This document shows, in pieces, positions 38,954-49,995 of a stretch of DNA of 64,000 nucleotides. The stretch comes from an uncultured Alphaproteobacteria bacterium (lineage in GTDB: Bacteria > Pseudomonadota > Alphaproteobacteria > HIMB59 > GCA-002718135), in the NCBI GenBank assembly GCA_902623585.1, contig CACNUO010000004.1:2479-66478 (forward strand), in the 5' to 3' direction. Each line of letters starts with the position of its first letter. Position 1 is the stretch's first letter. Both the position numbers and the translations under genes were made by a program. The notes under the pieces were generated by a model. The model saw only the letters and a list, made by a program, of their open reading frames with translations. It was not told the DNA's origin and made no database searches.

Positions 38954-40078
38954 TTGAACCAGTTACCAATAGACATTCCGCTGAAAAATTTTCATCAAAA
39001 TAATGGTGCAAAGATATTGCCATTTGCAGGTTTTAATATGCCTATTAATTATAAAACTGGAATAATTAATGAACACAAAAACGTTAGAAATCATTCTGGT
39101 ATTTTTGATGTTAGTCATATGGGGCAAATTTTAATAGAAAATAATGAATCTTATTTACATAAATTAGAAAAATATATTCCATTACAATTAAAAAAATTAA
39201 TTAAAAATAGATCGAATTATTCATTTTTGCTCAATAAAGATGGAGGTGTTATTGATGATCTAATTATTTCAAATATTGATATTAAAGATAAGTCATATTT
39301 ATATATTGTTTATAATGCATCTCGAAAAAAAGAAGACGAAGAAATATTTATTTCTTGTGCTCCTAATGCAGAAAAAATTTATGAAAAAAATTGTTTATTC
39401 GCAATCCAAGGACCGGATTCTATTAATGTTTTAAAAAATATTATTGATATTCCAAATAATATGAATTTTTTTGATATTTTAATAAGTAAATACGATAACA
39501 ATGAAATAATAGTAAGTAGATCAGGTTATACCGGTGAAGATGGTTTTGAACTTTCTATTCCAAATGAAAGTGCAGAAAATTTAATTAATCTTTTACTTAA
39601 AAATGAAAATACAATGCTTTGTGGGTTAGGTTCTAGAGATTCATTAAGACTCGAAGCTGGATTAAGTTTATATGGTCATGAATTAAATGAAAAAATTACA
39701 CCAATTGAAGCTGGTTTATCATGGGCTTTAGACAAAGAAAGATTAGAAGATGAAAATTTAAATGGAAATAAAGTTTTATCCGATCAATTAAAAAATAAAC
39801 TATCTAATAAAAAAATAGGTTTAATTTCTACCAGTAAATCAATGCTAAGAGATGGAATGACATTATTCGATAATAATAATAATGAAATTGGCAAAATTAC
39901 AAGTGGATGCTTTTCTCCCAATCTAAATAAATCTATTGCTATTGGTTATATAATATCTGAATTCAATACTGATAATCCAATTTTTTGTGAAATTAGAAAA
40001 AAATTAGAATTAGTAAAAATTAATAATCTACCTTTTGTAAAAAAAAATTATAAAAAAAATGGGAGCATATATGAGTGA
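38954..40078 (+). CDS. gcvT: Glycine cleavage system aminomethyltransferase T
   Basis: FAGFNMP, FDVSHMGQ, AIQGP, RSGYTGEDGFE, GLGSRDSLRLEAG; TTG start behind GGAGA. Confidence 0.95.
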   Translation: MNQLPIDIPLKNFHQNNGAKILPFAGFNMPINYKTGIINEHKNVRNHSGIFDVSHMGQILIENNESYLHKLEKYIPLQLKKLIKNRSNYSFLLNKDGGVIDDLIISNIDIKDKSYLYIVYNASRKKEDEEIFISCAPNAEKIYEKNCLFAIQGPDSINVLKNIIDIPNNMNFFDILISKYDNNEIIVSRSGYTGEDGFELSIPNESAENLINLLLKNENTMLCGLGSRDSLRLEAGLSLYGHELNEKITPIEAGLSWALDKERLEDENLNGNKVLSDQLKNKLSNKKIGLISTSKSMLRDGMTLFDNNNNEIGKITSGCFSPNLNKSIAIGYIISEFNTDNPIFCEIRKKLELVKINNLPFVKKNYKKNGSIYE

Positions 40079-40442
40079 AAAAAAATACACAAAAGATCAT
40101 GAATGGGTTTCAATTGAAAATGAAATTGCTACAATTGGTATTAGCAATCATGCCCAAGAATCTCTTGGTGATATTGTATTTATTGAATTACCTTCAGTTG
40201 GAAATTCGGTAAAAGCAAAAGATGAAATATGCGTTGTTGAATCTGTAAAAGCAGCTTCTGATATTTATGCTCCAATAGATGGTGAAATAATTGAAGTGAA
40301 TAATAATCTAGAAAATGATGCTGCTATTATTAATCAAGATGCAGAAAACGAGGGATGGATTTTTAAAATGAAAATTTCTGATTCAAATCAATATTCTGAA
40401 CTTATGTCAGAAGATGAGTATAAACAATTTTTGGAACAATAG
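40071..40442 (+). CDS. gcvH: Glycine cleavage system H protein
   Basis: YTKDHEW, LGDIVFIELP, lipoyl motif VESVKAASD. Confidence 0.96.
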   Translation: MSEKKYTKDHEWVSIENEIATIGISNHAQESLGDIVFIELPSVGNSVKAKDEICVVESVKAASDIYAPIDGEIIEVNNNLENDAAIINQDAENEGWIFKMKISDSNQYSELMSEDEYKQFLEQ

Positions 40443-43295
40443 ATGATTGAAATAGATAAATTTGTTAGCAGACATATAGGACCTAGAAATGAAGATATTG
40501 GAGAAATGCTCAAATTAATAAACTGCTCCTCATTAGATGAATTAATTGAAAAAACTGTACCTAATCATATCATTTTTAAAAATAAACTTAAATTTAGACC
40601 TGGTATGTCTGAGGAGTTTAATAAAATTAATACTCAACTTTTATCTTTAAAAAATAATTTCAAAAAAACTTATATTGGAATGGGTTATTACAACACTATT
40701 ACCCCTAGTGTTATTTTAAGAAATATTCTTGAAAATCCAGGATGGTACACTGCGTACACACCTTATCAACCAGAAGTAAGTCAGGGCAGGTTGGAAATGT
40801 TAATGAATTTTCAACAAATGATAATTGATTTGACTGGAATGGATATTGCAAATGCATCTTTACTTGATGAAAGTACTGCGGCAGCTGAGGCTATGATGAT
40901 GGCTTTTAAAATTAAAAAAAGTGCAAAGTTTACTTTTTGTGTGCAAAATAAATGTCATCCACAAACACTATCTGTCTTAAAAACAAGAGCTAAACCCCTA
41001 GGTATAAAAATTATTTTTGATAATCCAGATGACGATACATTTGGTTGTTTAATTCAAAATCCAGATACATACGGAGAAATTGCAAATCTCAACGATTTAA
41101 TAAATATAAATAAATCTCACGATGCGTTATCAATCATAGCAGCTGATATAATGAGTTTGGTAGTTATGAAATCACCAAAAGATTTTGGAGCTGATATAGT
41201 TGTAGGAAGTACTCAAAGGTTTGGAGTTCCAATGGGTCTAGGAGGTCCACACGCAGCATATTTTGCAACATTAGATGAATATAAAAGAATGATACCTGGG
41301 AGACTAATTGGTGTATCAGTTGATCGTACTAATAAAAGATCTTACAGAATGGCTCTTCAAACGCGTGAGCAACACATTAGAAGGGAAAAAGCTACAAGTA
41401 ATATATGTACTGCACAGGCCTTATTAGCAATTATATCTGCCTCATATGCAATATATCATGGTCCGACTAGATTAAAAAATATTGCTGAGGACATTCATTA
41501 TAAGTCTAGATATCTAAAAAAATCATTAGAGATATTAAATTTTGAAGTAAAATCTATAAATTATTTTGATACCTTATTAATAAAAGATACAAAATCTAAA
41601 TACTGGGTAAATAAATCTATAGACAATGGTATAAATTTTAGATTTGTAAATGACGATCATTTTTCAATTTCCTTAGATGAAACTACATCACTACAAGATG
41701 TAGATAATTTAATTAAATTTTTTAATGAAAACAATAATGAAATATACGCAGAAGAAATTGAAAGTAAAATTGAAAATTCGATTTTCAAAAATGATTTAGA
41801 TAGAAAAGATAAAATATTAACTCATCCTGTATTTAATATCTATCATTCTGAAACAGAAATGATGAGATATTTAAAAAAATTGGAAAATAAAGACGTTGCT
41901 TTAAATAGATCAATGATACCTCTTGGATCTTGTACTATGAAATTAAATGCTGCATCTGAAATGCTTCCAATTACTTTACCAGGTTTTTCAAATGCGCATC
42001 CATTCTTAGAACCCCATCAACGTGAGGGATATAATGAAATGATGAGTGAATTAATATCGATGTTAAAAGATATTACTGGTTTTGATGCAGTTTCACTTCA
42101 ACCTAATGCAGGAGCACAAGGTGAGTTTGCTGGTTTATTAGCTATACAAAAATATCATGAGAAAAATTCAGATACTAAAAGAAATATTTGTATAATTCCA
42201 AAAAGTGCTCATGGAACTAATCCAGCCAGTGCACAGATGTGCGGCATGGATATTTTAATTGTAAACTGTGATGACAAAGGTAATGTAGATTTAACTCACT
42301 TAGATAAAAAAATAGAAGAAGCAGCCGATAAACTGTCTGCTTTAATGATTACATATCCATCAACACATGGTGTATTCGAAGAAAGTATTGTTGAGATTTG
42401 TAAAAAAATTCATGATGCTGGTGGGCAAGTGTATCTAGATGGCGCTAATTATAATGCAATGGTTGGTGTAGCTAAACCAGGTAAATTTGGACCTGATGTA
42501 TGCCATATGAATCTTCATAAGACATTCTGCATACCTCATGGAGGAGGTGGGCCTGGAGTTGGGGCTATAGGATTAAAAAAACATTTAGCAGATTTTGCTC
42601 CTGGACATCCTATTTTTAAAAATGAAATAGGTTTAACGACTCAAGATGCAGTTTCTGCAGCTCCATGGGGCAGTGCATCTATTTTACCCATTTCATATTC
42701 TTATATATCTATGATGGGTGACGATGGTTTAAAATTAGCAACTCAAGTAGCAATATTAAATGCTAACTATATTAAAGAAAGATTAAAAAATTATTACCCC
42801 ATTTTATATACAGGTAAGAATAATATGGTGGCTCACGAATTTATTATTGATATCAGGCCATTTAAACAAGAATTAAATATTTCAGATGAAGATATTGCTA
42901 AAAGACTAATTGATTATGGATTTCATGCACCTACAATGTCTTTTCCTGTTCCTGGTACTCTTATGATTGAGCCTACTGAAAGTGAATCAAAAGAGGAACT
43001 AGATAGATTTTGTGAAGCAATGATTTCTATTCATAATGAAATCACTATGATTAGAGATGGTAAATTTGATAAAGTAGATAATCCTATTAAAAATGCCCCA
43101 CATACAATTGAAGAAGTATCTTCTGATAATTGGGATCATAAATATTCTCGAAAAGATGCTGCTTACCCCCATGCCTATTTAATAAATAATAAATACTGGA
43201 GTCCAGTCAGCAGAATTGATAATGTATATGGTGATAGAAATTTATTTTGTGTTTGCCCTCCAATTGATGAATATGAAGAGGTTAAAACTGGATAA
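40443..43295 (+). CDS. gcvP: Glycine dehydrogenase (decarboxylating), single-chain
   Basis: YTPYQPEVSQGRLE, REKATSNICTAQ, LGSCTMK, HMNLHKTF, DNVYGDRNLFC. Confidence 0.97.
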   Translation: MIEIDKFVSRHIGPRNEDIGEMLKLINCSSLDELIEKTVPNHIIFKNKLKFRPGMSEEFNKINTQLLSLKNNFKKTYIGMGYYNTITPSVILRNILENPGWYTAYTPYQPEVSQGRLEMLMNFQQMIIDLTGMDIANASLLDESTAAAEAMMMAFKIKKSAKFTFCVQNKCHPQTLSVLKTRAKPLGIKIIFDNPDDDTFGCLIQNPDTYGEIANLNDLININKSHDALSIIAADIMSLVVMKSPKDFGADIVVGSTQRFGVPMGLGGPHAAYFATLDEYKRMIPGRLIGVSVDRTNKRSYRMALQTREQHIRREKATSNICTAQALLAIISASYAIYHGPTRLKNIAEDIHYKSRYLKKSLEILNFEVKSINYFDTLLIKDTKSKYWVNKSIDNGINFRFVNDDHFSISLDETTSLQDVDNLIKFFNENNNEIYAEEIESKIENSIFKNDLDRKDKILTHPVFNIYHSETEMMRYLKKLENKDVALNRSMIPLGSCTMKLNAASEMLPITLPGFSNAHPFLEPHQREGYNEMMSELISMLKDITGFDAVSLQPNAGAQGEFAGLLAIQKYHEKNSDTKRNICIIPKSAHGTNPASAQMCGMDILIVNCDDKGNVDLTHLDKKIEEAADKLSALMITYPSTHGVFEESIVEICKKIHDAGGQVYLDGANYNAMVGVAKPGKFGPDVCHMNLHKTFCIPHGGGGPGVGAIGLKKHLADFAPGHPIFKNEIGLTTQDAVSAAPWGSASILPISYSYISMMGDDGLKLATQVAILNANYIKERLKNYYPILYTGKNNMVAHEFIIDIRPFKQELNISDEDIAKRLIDYGFHAPTMSFPVPGTLMIEPTESESKEELDRFCEAMISIHNEITMIRDGKFDKVDNPIKNAPHTIEEVSSDNWDHKYSRKDAAYPHAYLINNKYWSPVSRIDNVYGDRNLFCVCPPIDEYEEVKTG

Positions 43296-43338
43296 TTATT
43301 ATTTATCAATAAATTAAAATACTTATTTAATAGCAATT

Positions 43339-44367
43339 ATGATTTATATTAATCTTATTTTAGTTTTTTTAGTGTTGGTCGCAATACATGAGTATGGTCA
43401 TTATATAGTTGCCAGATTATTTAACGCTGAAGTTACTGATTTTTCAATTGGATTTGGCAAACCACTTTTAAAATTTACTGATAAAAATGGCACTACATGG
43501 AAATTATCTCCTATTCCATTAGGTGGATATGTAAAAATCAAGGGACTTGATAATATATTTTCACCAAACCCTAATGATGAGGAGGGATCCTTTCAATCTC
43601 TTACACTTTTTCAAAAGATATTAGTACTTTTAGCAGGAAGTATTTTTAATATTTTTAGTGCTTGGTTTGCTCTTTTCTGCATATTTTTCTTTTTTGGAAT
43701 TGTTAGTTTAATGCCGATTATTGGATCAGTTAGCAAAAATTCATCAGCATTTGAAAATGATCTTAGAGAAGGTGATAAAATAATTGAGATAAACAATATT
43801 AGTATTGAAGAGTTTTCTGATATACCAAAAGCAATTGCAAATAACCAAAGTATAAATATTTTAATTGAAAGAAATAATCAGATAATTGAAAAAAACTTTG
43901 ATCTAAAATTTAATTCAGAATTAAATAGGTATATTATTGGAATATCTTCACCTCAAAATCCTATTATTGATAAATATAATTTAATTGATTCAATTAAAAA
44001 TTCTTCTTTATTTATTCCCACATACTATGTAGCTTCATTTTCTTTCCTTCAACAATCATATAAAGAAAATACATTAGGAGATCAGTTAGCCGGACCTATA
44101 GGAATTGTAAAAAATGCAGATCAAATGATGCTTGATCAAGTAAGGGGAGTACTTTTTTTATTTATTATAATTTCTTTATTTGTAGGGTTATTTAATTTGC
44201 TTCCTATTCCTCTTTTAGATGGTGGTCATATAATCTATTTTATTATTAGAAGAATTTTTTCAAACTCTCTTCCTGAGTTTATTACAAGAGTTTATTTGGC
44301 TGTGGGGATAACAATAATATCTTTTCTCTTTATAGTTGTGACTTACAACGATATTTTTTATAAATAA
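43339..44367 (+). CDS. rseP: RseP-like M50 intramembrane zinc metalloprotease with PDZ domain
   Basis: HEYGH, FSIGFG, PLGGYVK, NLLPIPLLDGGH. Confidence 0.9.
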   Translation: MIYINLILVFLVLVAIHEYGHYIVARLFNAEVTDFSIGFGKPLLKFTDKNGTTWKLSPIPLGGYVKIKGLDNIFSPNPNDEEGSFQSLTLFQKILVLLAGSIFNIFSAWFALFCIFFFFGIVSLMPIIGSVSKNSSAFENDLREGDKIIEINNISIEEFSDIPKAIANNQSINILIERNNQIIEKNFDLKFNSELNRYIIGISSPQNPIIDKYNLIDSIKNSSLFIPTYYVASFSFLQQSYKENTLGDQLAGPIGIVKNADQMMLDQVRGVLFLFIIISLFVGLFNLLPIPLLDGGHIIYFIIRRIFSNSLPEFITRVYLAVGITIISFLFIVVTYNDIFYK

Positions 44368-44385
44368 ATATTATTGGGAGATAAA

Positions 44386-44754
44386 ATGACAAATTTTGAA
44401 AAAGTAAAAGAATTTATGACAACTTTTGGTCAAGAAGTAAAAACTAGTGCCGAATTTCCAGAAAATAAAATTGTTGAATTAAGAAAAAAATTGATTGATG
44501 AAGAATTTAATGAATTAAAAGATGCAATTAATGATAATGATATCGTTGAAGTTGCTGATGCATTAACTGATATTTTAGTTGTAACATACGGTGCGGGTGC
44601 TGCTTTTGGTATAGATCTAGATAAATGTTTTAACGAAGTTCATCGTAGTAATATGAGTAAACTTTCAGAGGAAGGCAAGCCAATTTATAACGAATTTGGT
44701 AAGGTTATGAAGGGTCCTAATTATTCACCTCCAGATTTGAAAAAAATAATTTAA
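44386..44754 (+). CDS. All-alpha NTP pyrophosphohydrolase (MazG/PRA-PH-like)
   Basis: LIDEEFNEL, EVADALTDIL, EVHRSNMSK, GKVMKGPNY. Confidence 0.85.
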   Translation: MTNFEKVKEFMTTFGQEVKTSAEFPENKIVELRKKLIDEEFNELKDAINDNDIVEVADALTDILVVTYGAGAAFGIDLDKCFNEVHRSNMSKLSEEGKPIYNEFGKVMKGPNYSPPDLKKII

Positions 44755-45905
44755 ATATTTTTTAGAGCATCATCTAAAGATTTCTTTAAGTCTGAAATAT
44801 CTTCAATGCCAATTGAAAGTCTTATAAGGGTATCAGAAATTCCTAATTCATCTCTAATTTTTTTATCTATTGATGCATGTGTCATTATAGCTGGATGCTC
44901 AATTAAACTTTCAACTCCACCCAAACTTTCTGCTAGTGTAAATATTTGAATTGTTTCAAGAAATTTTTTTGCTGAATTAATATCACCCATTAATTCAATT
45001 GATAATATTCCTCCAAATCCAGTCATTTGTTTTTTTGCAATTTCATAACTTGGGTTATTTTCTAGTCCAGGGTAAAATACATTTTTAATTTTAGGATGTT
45101 TTAATAAATAATTAGCAATTTCTAAGGCATTACTATTATGCCTCTCCATTCTGACAGCAAGTGTTTTAATTGATCGAATGAGTAAATAACAATCGAAGGG
45201 GCTGGGAACAGCACCAACTGCATTTTGAATATATTTAATTTTATCAGCTAAAATTTTATTATCATTTATAATTAGTGCACCTCCAATTATATCTGAATGA
45301 CCTCCAAGATATTTGGTTGACGAATGTATGACAACATCAGCCCCATTATTTATTGGTTGTTGATTGTAGGGTGATGCAAAAGTATTATCACAGACTATAA
45401 TGATATTATCATCTTTTAAGCTTTCTCTAATTTTTTTTATATCTATAATTTTTAGTAATGGATTAGAGGGTGTCTCAACCCAAATCATTTTTGTATTTTC
45501 TTTTAGATGACCTTGCCAATTATTTTCCTTACTAAGATCGGTATATGTTACTTCCACATCTTGATTAACTGTTTTAATTTTATCAAATATCCTTCTTGTT
45601 CCGCCGTAAACATCATCACTACAAATAATTGAATAATTTTTACCTAAAGCATCTGATAATGCAGAAATTGCAGCCATACCTGAGCTAAAAGCATAAGCAA
45701 ATTTACCATCTTCCAATTCTACTAATAACTTTTCTAATATATCTCTTGTTGGGTTTCCTGTTCTTGCATATTCATAAGTAAAGTCACCAGGAGAATTTTG
45801 CTTAAAAGTCGATGAAAGATGAATAGGGGGCATTACTGCACCTGTAGTTTCATCAGCTCCATGACCTGAATGAATTACTTTAGAATTAAATTTTTTTGTT
45901 TTCAT
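44751..45905 (-). CDS. Cystathionine gamma-lyase/synthase family PLP enzyme
   Basis: YARTGNPTR, SSGMAA, DVYGGT, VETPSNP, HSSTKYLGGHSD, LAESLGGVESLIEHPAIMTH. Confidence 0.9.
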   Translation of the reverse strand: MKTKKFNSKVIHSGHGADETTGAVMPPIHLSSTFKQNSPGDFTYEYARTGNPTRDILEKLLVELEDGKFAYAFSSGMAAISALSDALGKNYSIICSDDVYGGTRRIFDKIKTVNQDVEVTYTDLSKENNWQGHLKENTKMIWVETPSNPLLKIIDIKKIRESLKDDNIIIVCDNTFASPYNQQPINNGADVVIHSSTKYLGGHSDIIGGALIINDNKILADKIKYIQNAVGAVPSPFDCYLLIRSIKTLAVRMERHNSNALEIANYLLKHPKIKNVFYPGLENNPSYEIAKKQMTGFGGILSIELMGDINSAKKFLETIQIFTLAESLGGVESLIEHPAIMTHASIDKKIRDELGISDTLIRLSIGIEDISDLKKSLDDALKNI

Positions 45906-45907
45906 TA

Positions 45908-46906
45908 TTACATCCAATCGGCATAAGGTAAATTTTTGGAAATCAAATATTCTTTATTAAACATTTTATCATAATATTTATTTGCATCATCACAAAGTAT
46001 TGTCGCAATTTTTTTCCCTTTACCCATTGATTTGGCCAGTTTTACTGCACCACATATATTGACCCCAGAACTTAACCCTAAAAATAATCCATCTGTTTTC
46101 ATAATTTTAAATAGCATTTCCATACATTCTTGATCAGAAACAAAAAATGATTGGTCTACAAGACAATTTTCTAAATTTTTTGTTACTCTGGCTTGCCCAA
46201 TACCTTCTGTAATTGATTCCTCTCCTTTTTTTTCTGGTTTACCATTAGTAAAATAATTAAACATTGATGATCCTTGTGAGTCAGTACAAGCGATAATAAT
46301 TTCTTTATTTTTTGATTTTAGCCCAACGCTCACACCAGTTAAAGTTCCTCCAGTTCCAATTGCACATGTGAAACCATCTATTTTACCATCTGTTTGTTTA
46401 AAAATTTCTGCAGATGTTGTTTTTTCATGAAATTTGTAGTTTGCTAAATTTTCAAATTGACCAGCCCAAAAAGTTTTTTTACCTGTTTGTTTTTCAATAT
46501 CTTTAGCTAATTGCTGCGAGACTTTTTGATAGTTGCCAGGATCGGAATATGGTTTTGCATCAACTAAATGAAGTTTTGCTCCCATATTTTTGAGTATATC
46601 TCTTTTAGATTGAACAGTTATGTTAGGCATTACGATTTCCAGATTATAATTTTTTGCATTACAAACTAACGCTAAGCCTATTCCTGTATTCCCAAAAGTA
46701 CCTTCTACAACAGTTCCACCTGGTTCCAATAATTTTTTTTCTTCTGCATCCTCGATAATACCAAGTGCCGTTCTATCTTTCACTGAACCAGCTGGATTCA
46801 TAAATTCTGCTTTACCAAATATTTCACAGCCTGAAATCTCTGAAGGGTATTTTAATTTTATTAGGGGGGTGTTACCAATTAATTGAGTAACATTATTTGT
46901 TATCAT
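45908..46906 (-). CDS. Cysteine synthase / cystathionine beta-synthase family
   Basis: [43 protein letters not shown]. Confidence 0.9.
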   Translation of the reverse strand: MITNNVTQLIGNTPLIKLKYPSEISGCEIFGKAEFMNPAGSVKDRTALGIIEDAEEKKLLEPGGTVVEGTFGNTGIGLALVCNAKNYNLEIVMPNITVQSKRDILKNMGAKLHLVDAKPYSDPGNYQKVSQQLAKDIEKQTGKKTFWAGQFENLANYKFHEKTTSAEIFKQTDGKIDGFTCAIGTGGTLTGVSVGLKSKNKEIIIACTDSQGSSMFNYFTNGKPEKKGEESITEGIGQARVTKNLENCLVDQSFFVSDQECMEMLFKIMKTDGLFLGLSSGVNICGAVKLAKSMGKGKKIATILCDDANKYYDKMFNKEYLISKNLPYADWM

Positions 46907-47468
46907 CAATATCTCTTACACCATATGGATTAAATGAAGTATCCTTATTAATATTAATATTTTTAACTGGGTTTCCTACCATTGTTGCATAAGGGGGAAC
47001 ATCTTTTAATACTACTGTATTAGCTCCAACTCTTGCACAACTCCCAATAATAATTGGGCCAAGAATACTTGCTCCACATCCTATAATTACATTATCCTCT
47101 ATTGTTGGATGTCTTTTTGTATCTCTTTGATCATTGGAATTTTCTGCTGGACTAATTCCTCCAAGTGTAACACCATGATATAAAGTAACATTATCTCCAA
47201 TTATGCTTGTTTCTCCAATTACAGTTCCCATACCATGATCAATAAATAGGTTTTTACCTATTTTAGCAGCAGGATGAATTTCAATGCCTGTTAAAAAACG
47301 ACTAAATTGAGAAACTATTCTTGCTAGAGTGTAAAGATTTAAATTCCATAGATTGTTTGCTATTCTATGAAAGAAAACAGACTTTACTCCTGGGTATGTA
47401 AGCACGATACTTAGCTTGCTTCTTGCAGCTGGATCTCTTTGAATTATTGAGTCTAAATAATCAGTCAT
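46893..47468 (-). CDS. cysE: Serine O-acetyltransferase
   Basis: [38 protein letters not shown]. Confidence 0.94.
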   Translation of the reverse strand: MTDYLDSIIQRDPAARSKLSIVLTYPGVKSVFFHRIANNLWNLNLYTLARIVSQFSRFLTGIEIHPAAKIGKNLFIDHGMGTVIGETSIIGDNVTLYHGVTLGGISPAENSNDQRDTKRHPTIEDNVIIGCGASILGPIIIGSCARVGANTVVLKDVPPYATMVGNPVKNININKDTSFNPYGVRDIDDNK

Positions 47469-47604
47469 TTCGTAATGCTATTTAGTGATTATTGCATTTT
47501 TTTCAATGTAACGAGGATTTCTCTTTAAAATTATGATTTTAATTATGTCAATTATTGATAGTTTATGTAGATAAAAGATAATCAATATATGATTTGCTAA
47601 TTTG

Positions 47605-48726
47605 ATGATTACAGTAAATAAAATCAAAATTCATTTATTTAAGTATAAGAATAAAAATCCAGTTTTATCTTCATTTGGCAGAATGACTTTTAGATCATCG
47701 TTAATAGTTGAATTAATTGATCAAAATGACAACAGTGGATTTGGGGAAATATGGTGTAATTTCCCAAATCATGCTGGCAGATATAGATTTGAAATTTTTA
47801 AAGATTATTTTGTGAATTTACTTAAAAATTTCAATTTTGAAAAGCCGAGTGATCCTTATGATTTTTTTTATGAAAAATTTAATTCAATAAAAATTCAAAG
47901 TGGTGATTATGGAGCTTTTAGTAATATTATTTCTGGAATAGATTGTGCTTGTTGGGATTTATTTTCAAAAAATAAAAAAATACCTCTAAACAAATTAATT
48001 AATAGTAATTCTCCAGATAAGATTCAAGTTTATGCTAGTGGAATTAATAGAGACGAACACCAAGAAAGAATTAGTGAAGCAAGAAAATTAGGCATAAAAA
48101 AATTTAAAATAAAAATTGGTTATGATTTAAATGATGATATTTCAAGTTTAGCATCAATTGAGAAAATTTTAAGTGATTCTGAAGATTATATGATTGATGT
48201 AAATCAAGCTTGGAAAATAGATAAAGTTAACTCAAATATTAAAGCATTAAATCAGTTCAGATATTATTGGTTAGAAGAGCCAATTAGTGCCGACAATTCT
48301 TTAAATGAAATTATTAATTTAATAAATAATCATAAAAATTTAGCCTTTGGTGAAAATATTACTCAAATAAATAACTTTGTTAAATTAAATGATGATACTT
48401 CAATTAAATTTTTACAACCAGATATTGCTAGGTATGGAGGTATTTCTCAAATAATAAGTTTAAAAGATAAAATAGTTACTGATAAATTATATCTACATTA
48501 TTTAGGTGGTGCTGTAGGTTTGATTACTTCAGCACATTTAATGTCTGCAATTAATCAAAGTGGTTTTTTAGAATATGATATTAACGAAAATGCACTTAGA
48601 ACTGATATTTTGAAACCTGCTGTCAAAATAAGAGATGGTTATCTTTTATTAAATTCATCAATAGGTATCGGTTTTAATCTTTCTGAAATGTCAAAAAATT
48701 ATCTAAATCAATATTATGAATTATAA
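47605..48726 (+). CDS. Mandelate racemase/muconate lactonizing enzyme (enolase superfamily)
   Basis: GFGE, IDCACWDL, YASG, KIK, MIDVNQ, WLEEP, GEN, LQPD. Confidence 0.87.
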   Translation: MITVNKIKIHLFKYKNKNPVLSSFGRMTFRSSLIVELIDQNDNSGFGEIWCNFPNHAGRYRFEIFKDYFVNLLKNFNFEKPSDPYDFFYEKFNSIKIQSGDYGAFSNIISGIDCACWDLFSKNKKIPLNKLINSNSPDKIQVYASGINRDEHQERISEARKLGIKKFKIKIGYDLNDDISSLASIEKILSDSEDYMIDVNQAWKIDKVNSNIKALNQFRYYWLEEPISADNSLNEIINLINNHKNLAFGENITQINNFVKLNDDTSIKFLQPDIARYGGISQIISLKDKIVTDKLYLHYLGGAVGLITSAHLMSAINQSGFLEYDINENALRTDILKPAVKIRDGYLLLNSSIGIGFNLSEMSKNYLNQYYEL

Positions 48727-49111
48727 AATCAAAGTTTACTATGAAGATACCGATGCATCAGGCAGAGTTTATCATTCAAATTATTTAAAATATTTAGAGA
48801 GGTGTAGGTCAGAATTCTTATATAAATTGGGTTATAATCATCAAAACCTACTCCAATCACTCAATTTTTACTTTGTAGTTAAACATATCGATATTGATTT
48901 TAAATTACCTGCATATTTTGAAGATATCTTAGATGTTGAAACAGAAATTCTTGAAATTTCAAAAGTAAAAATAATTTTTAATCAGTCTATATTTAGAGGA
49001 AAAAATTTATTAATTGATTCGAAGATTTTAATAACTCCTGTAAATGATAAAGGTAAAATCGTAAAAATGCCTATTGAAATGCTTGATAAATTGCAATTAT
49101 CAAAAATCTAA
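48716..49111 (+). CDS. ybgC: YbgC-family acyl-CoA thioesterase
   Basis: VYYEDTDASGRVYHSNYLKYLER. Confidence 0.85.
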   Translation: MNYKIKVYYEDTDASGRVYHSNYLKYLERCRSEFLYKLGYNHQNLLQSLNFYFVVKHIDIDFKLPAYFEDILDVETEILEISKVKIIFNQSIFRGKNLLIDSKILITPVNDKGKIVKMPIEMLDKLQLSKI

Positions 49112-49158
49112 ATAAATTTATATTTTTTTATAAGCAAACAAATGCTAAATAAAATTTT

Positions 49159-49995
49159 ATGGGAATTGTAACTGACGTAATACTGCCTCTTTCTTTAGCT
49201 TTCATTATGTTTTCATTGGGTTTAGGTTTAAGTCTCAGTGATTTTACTAGAGTTTTCTTTAAACCAAGAGATTTTCTTATCGGATTATTTTTTCAAATTA
49301 TTATTCTTCCAATAGTTGCATTATTAATTGTCATGTTTTGGCCTTTATCTCCAGAGCTAGCTATTGGAGTGATGATTCTTGCAGCAGCACCTGGTGGTGT
49401 AACCAGTAATGTTTTAACATCATTTGCAAAAGGAAATATTGCTCTTTCAATATCTTTAACGGCAATAAACAGTATTTTATGCGTAATTACAGTTCCATTG
49501 ATATTAATGATATCATTAAGTGTCCTTGACATGGGTAGTATTAATGAGGGTCAGTCTTTATTTAGTGTTGCATCACAAATGTTTTTAATTGTTACAATAC
49601 CAGTTATCGTTGGAGTTTTATTAAGTGGAGTACTATCTTCATTTGAAAAAATAGCAAAAAATATATCAATAATTTTATTTGTTTTAGTTCTTATTGGAGC
49701 AATATTATCTCAAAGAGAAAATGTTATTGCTTACTTTGCTCAAGCAGGTTTGGTTATGTTATTTTTAAATATTATAATGATGATCATTGTTTATTTATTA
49801 TCTAATACTTTTAAATCCTCAAAAGAAACATTTAGATGTTGGTTGATGGAAGTTGGGCTACAAAATGGAACATTAGCAATTGTTGTAGCTAATACTTTCT
49901 TTGCAAGCACTGTTTATTTAATACCTGCAGCAATATATAGTCTAATAATGTACGCAACTGCTCTTCCTTTAATTTATTTCTTAAGAAGAAATTAA
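49159..49995 (+). CDS. Bile acid:sodium symporter (BASS) family transporter
   Basis: IMFSLGLGL, APGGVTSN, KGNIALSISLT, EVGLQNG. Confidence 0.9.
   Translation: MGIVTDVILPLSLAFIMFSLGLGLSLSDFTRVFFKPRDFLIGLFFQIIILPIVALLIVMFWPLSPELAIGVMILAAAPGGVTSNVLTSFAKGNIALSISLTAINSILCVITVPLILMISLSVLDMGSINEGQSLFSVASQMFLIVTIPVIVGVLLSGVLSSFEKIAKNISIILFVLVLIGAILSQRENVIAYFAQAGLVMLFLNIIMMIIVYLLSNTFKSSKETFRCWLMEVGLQNGTLAIVVANTFFASTVYLIPAAIYSLIMYATALPLIYFLRRN

Noticed and set aside
47469-47601. SAM-II/SAM-V riboswitch upstream of cysE
   Set aside because: I could not build the pseudoknot or find the conserved core; the region looks like divergent promoters.
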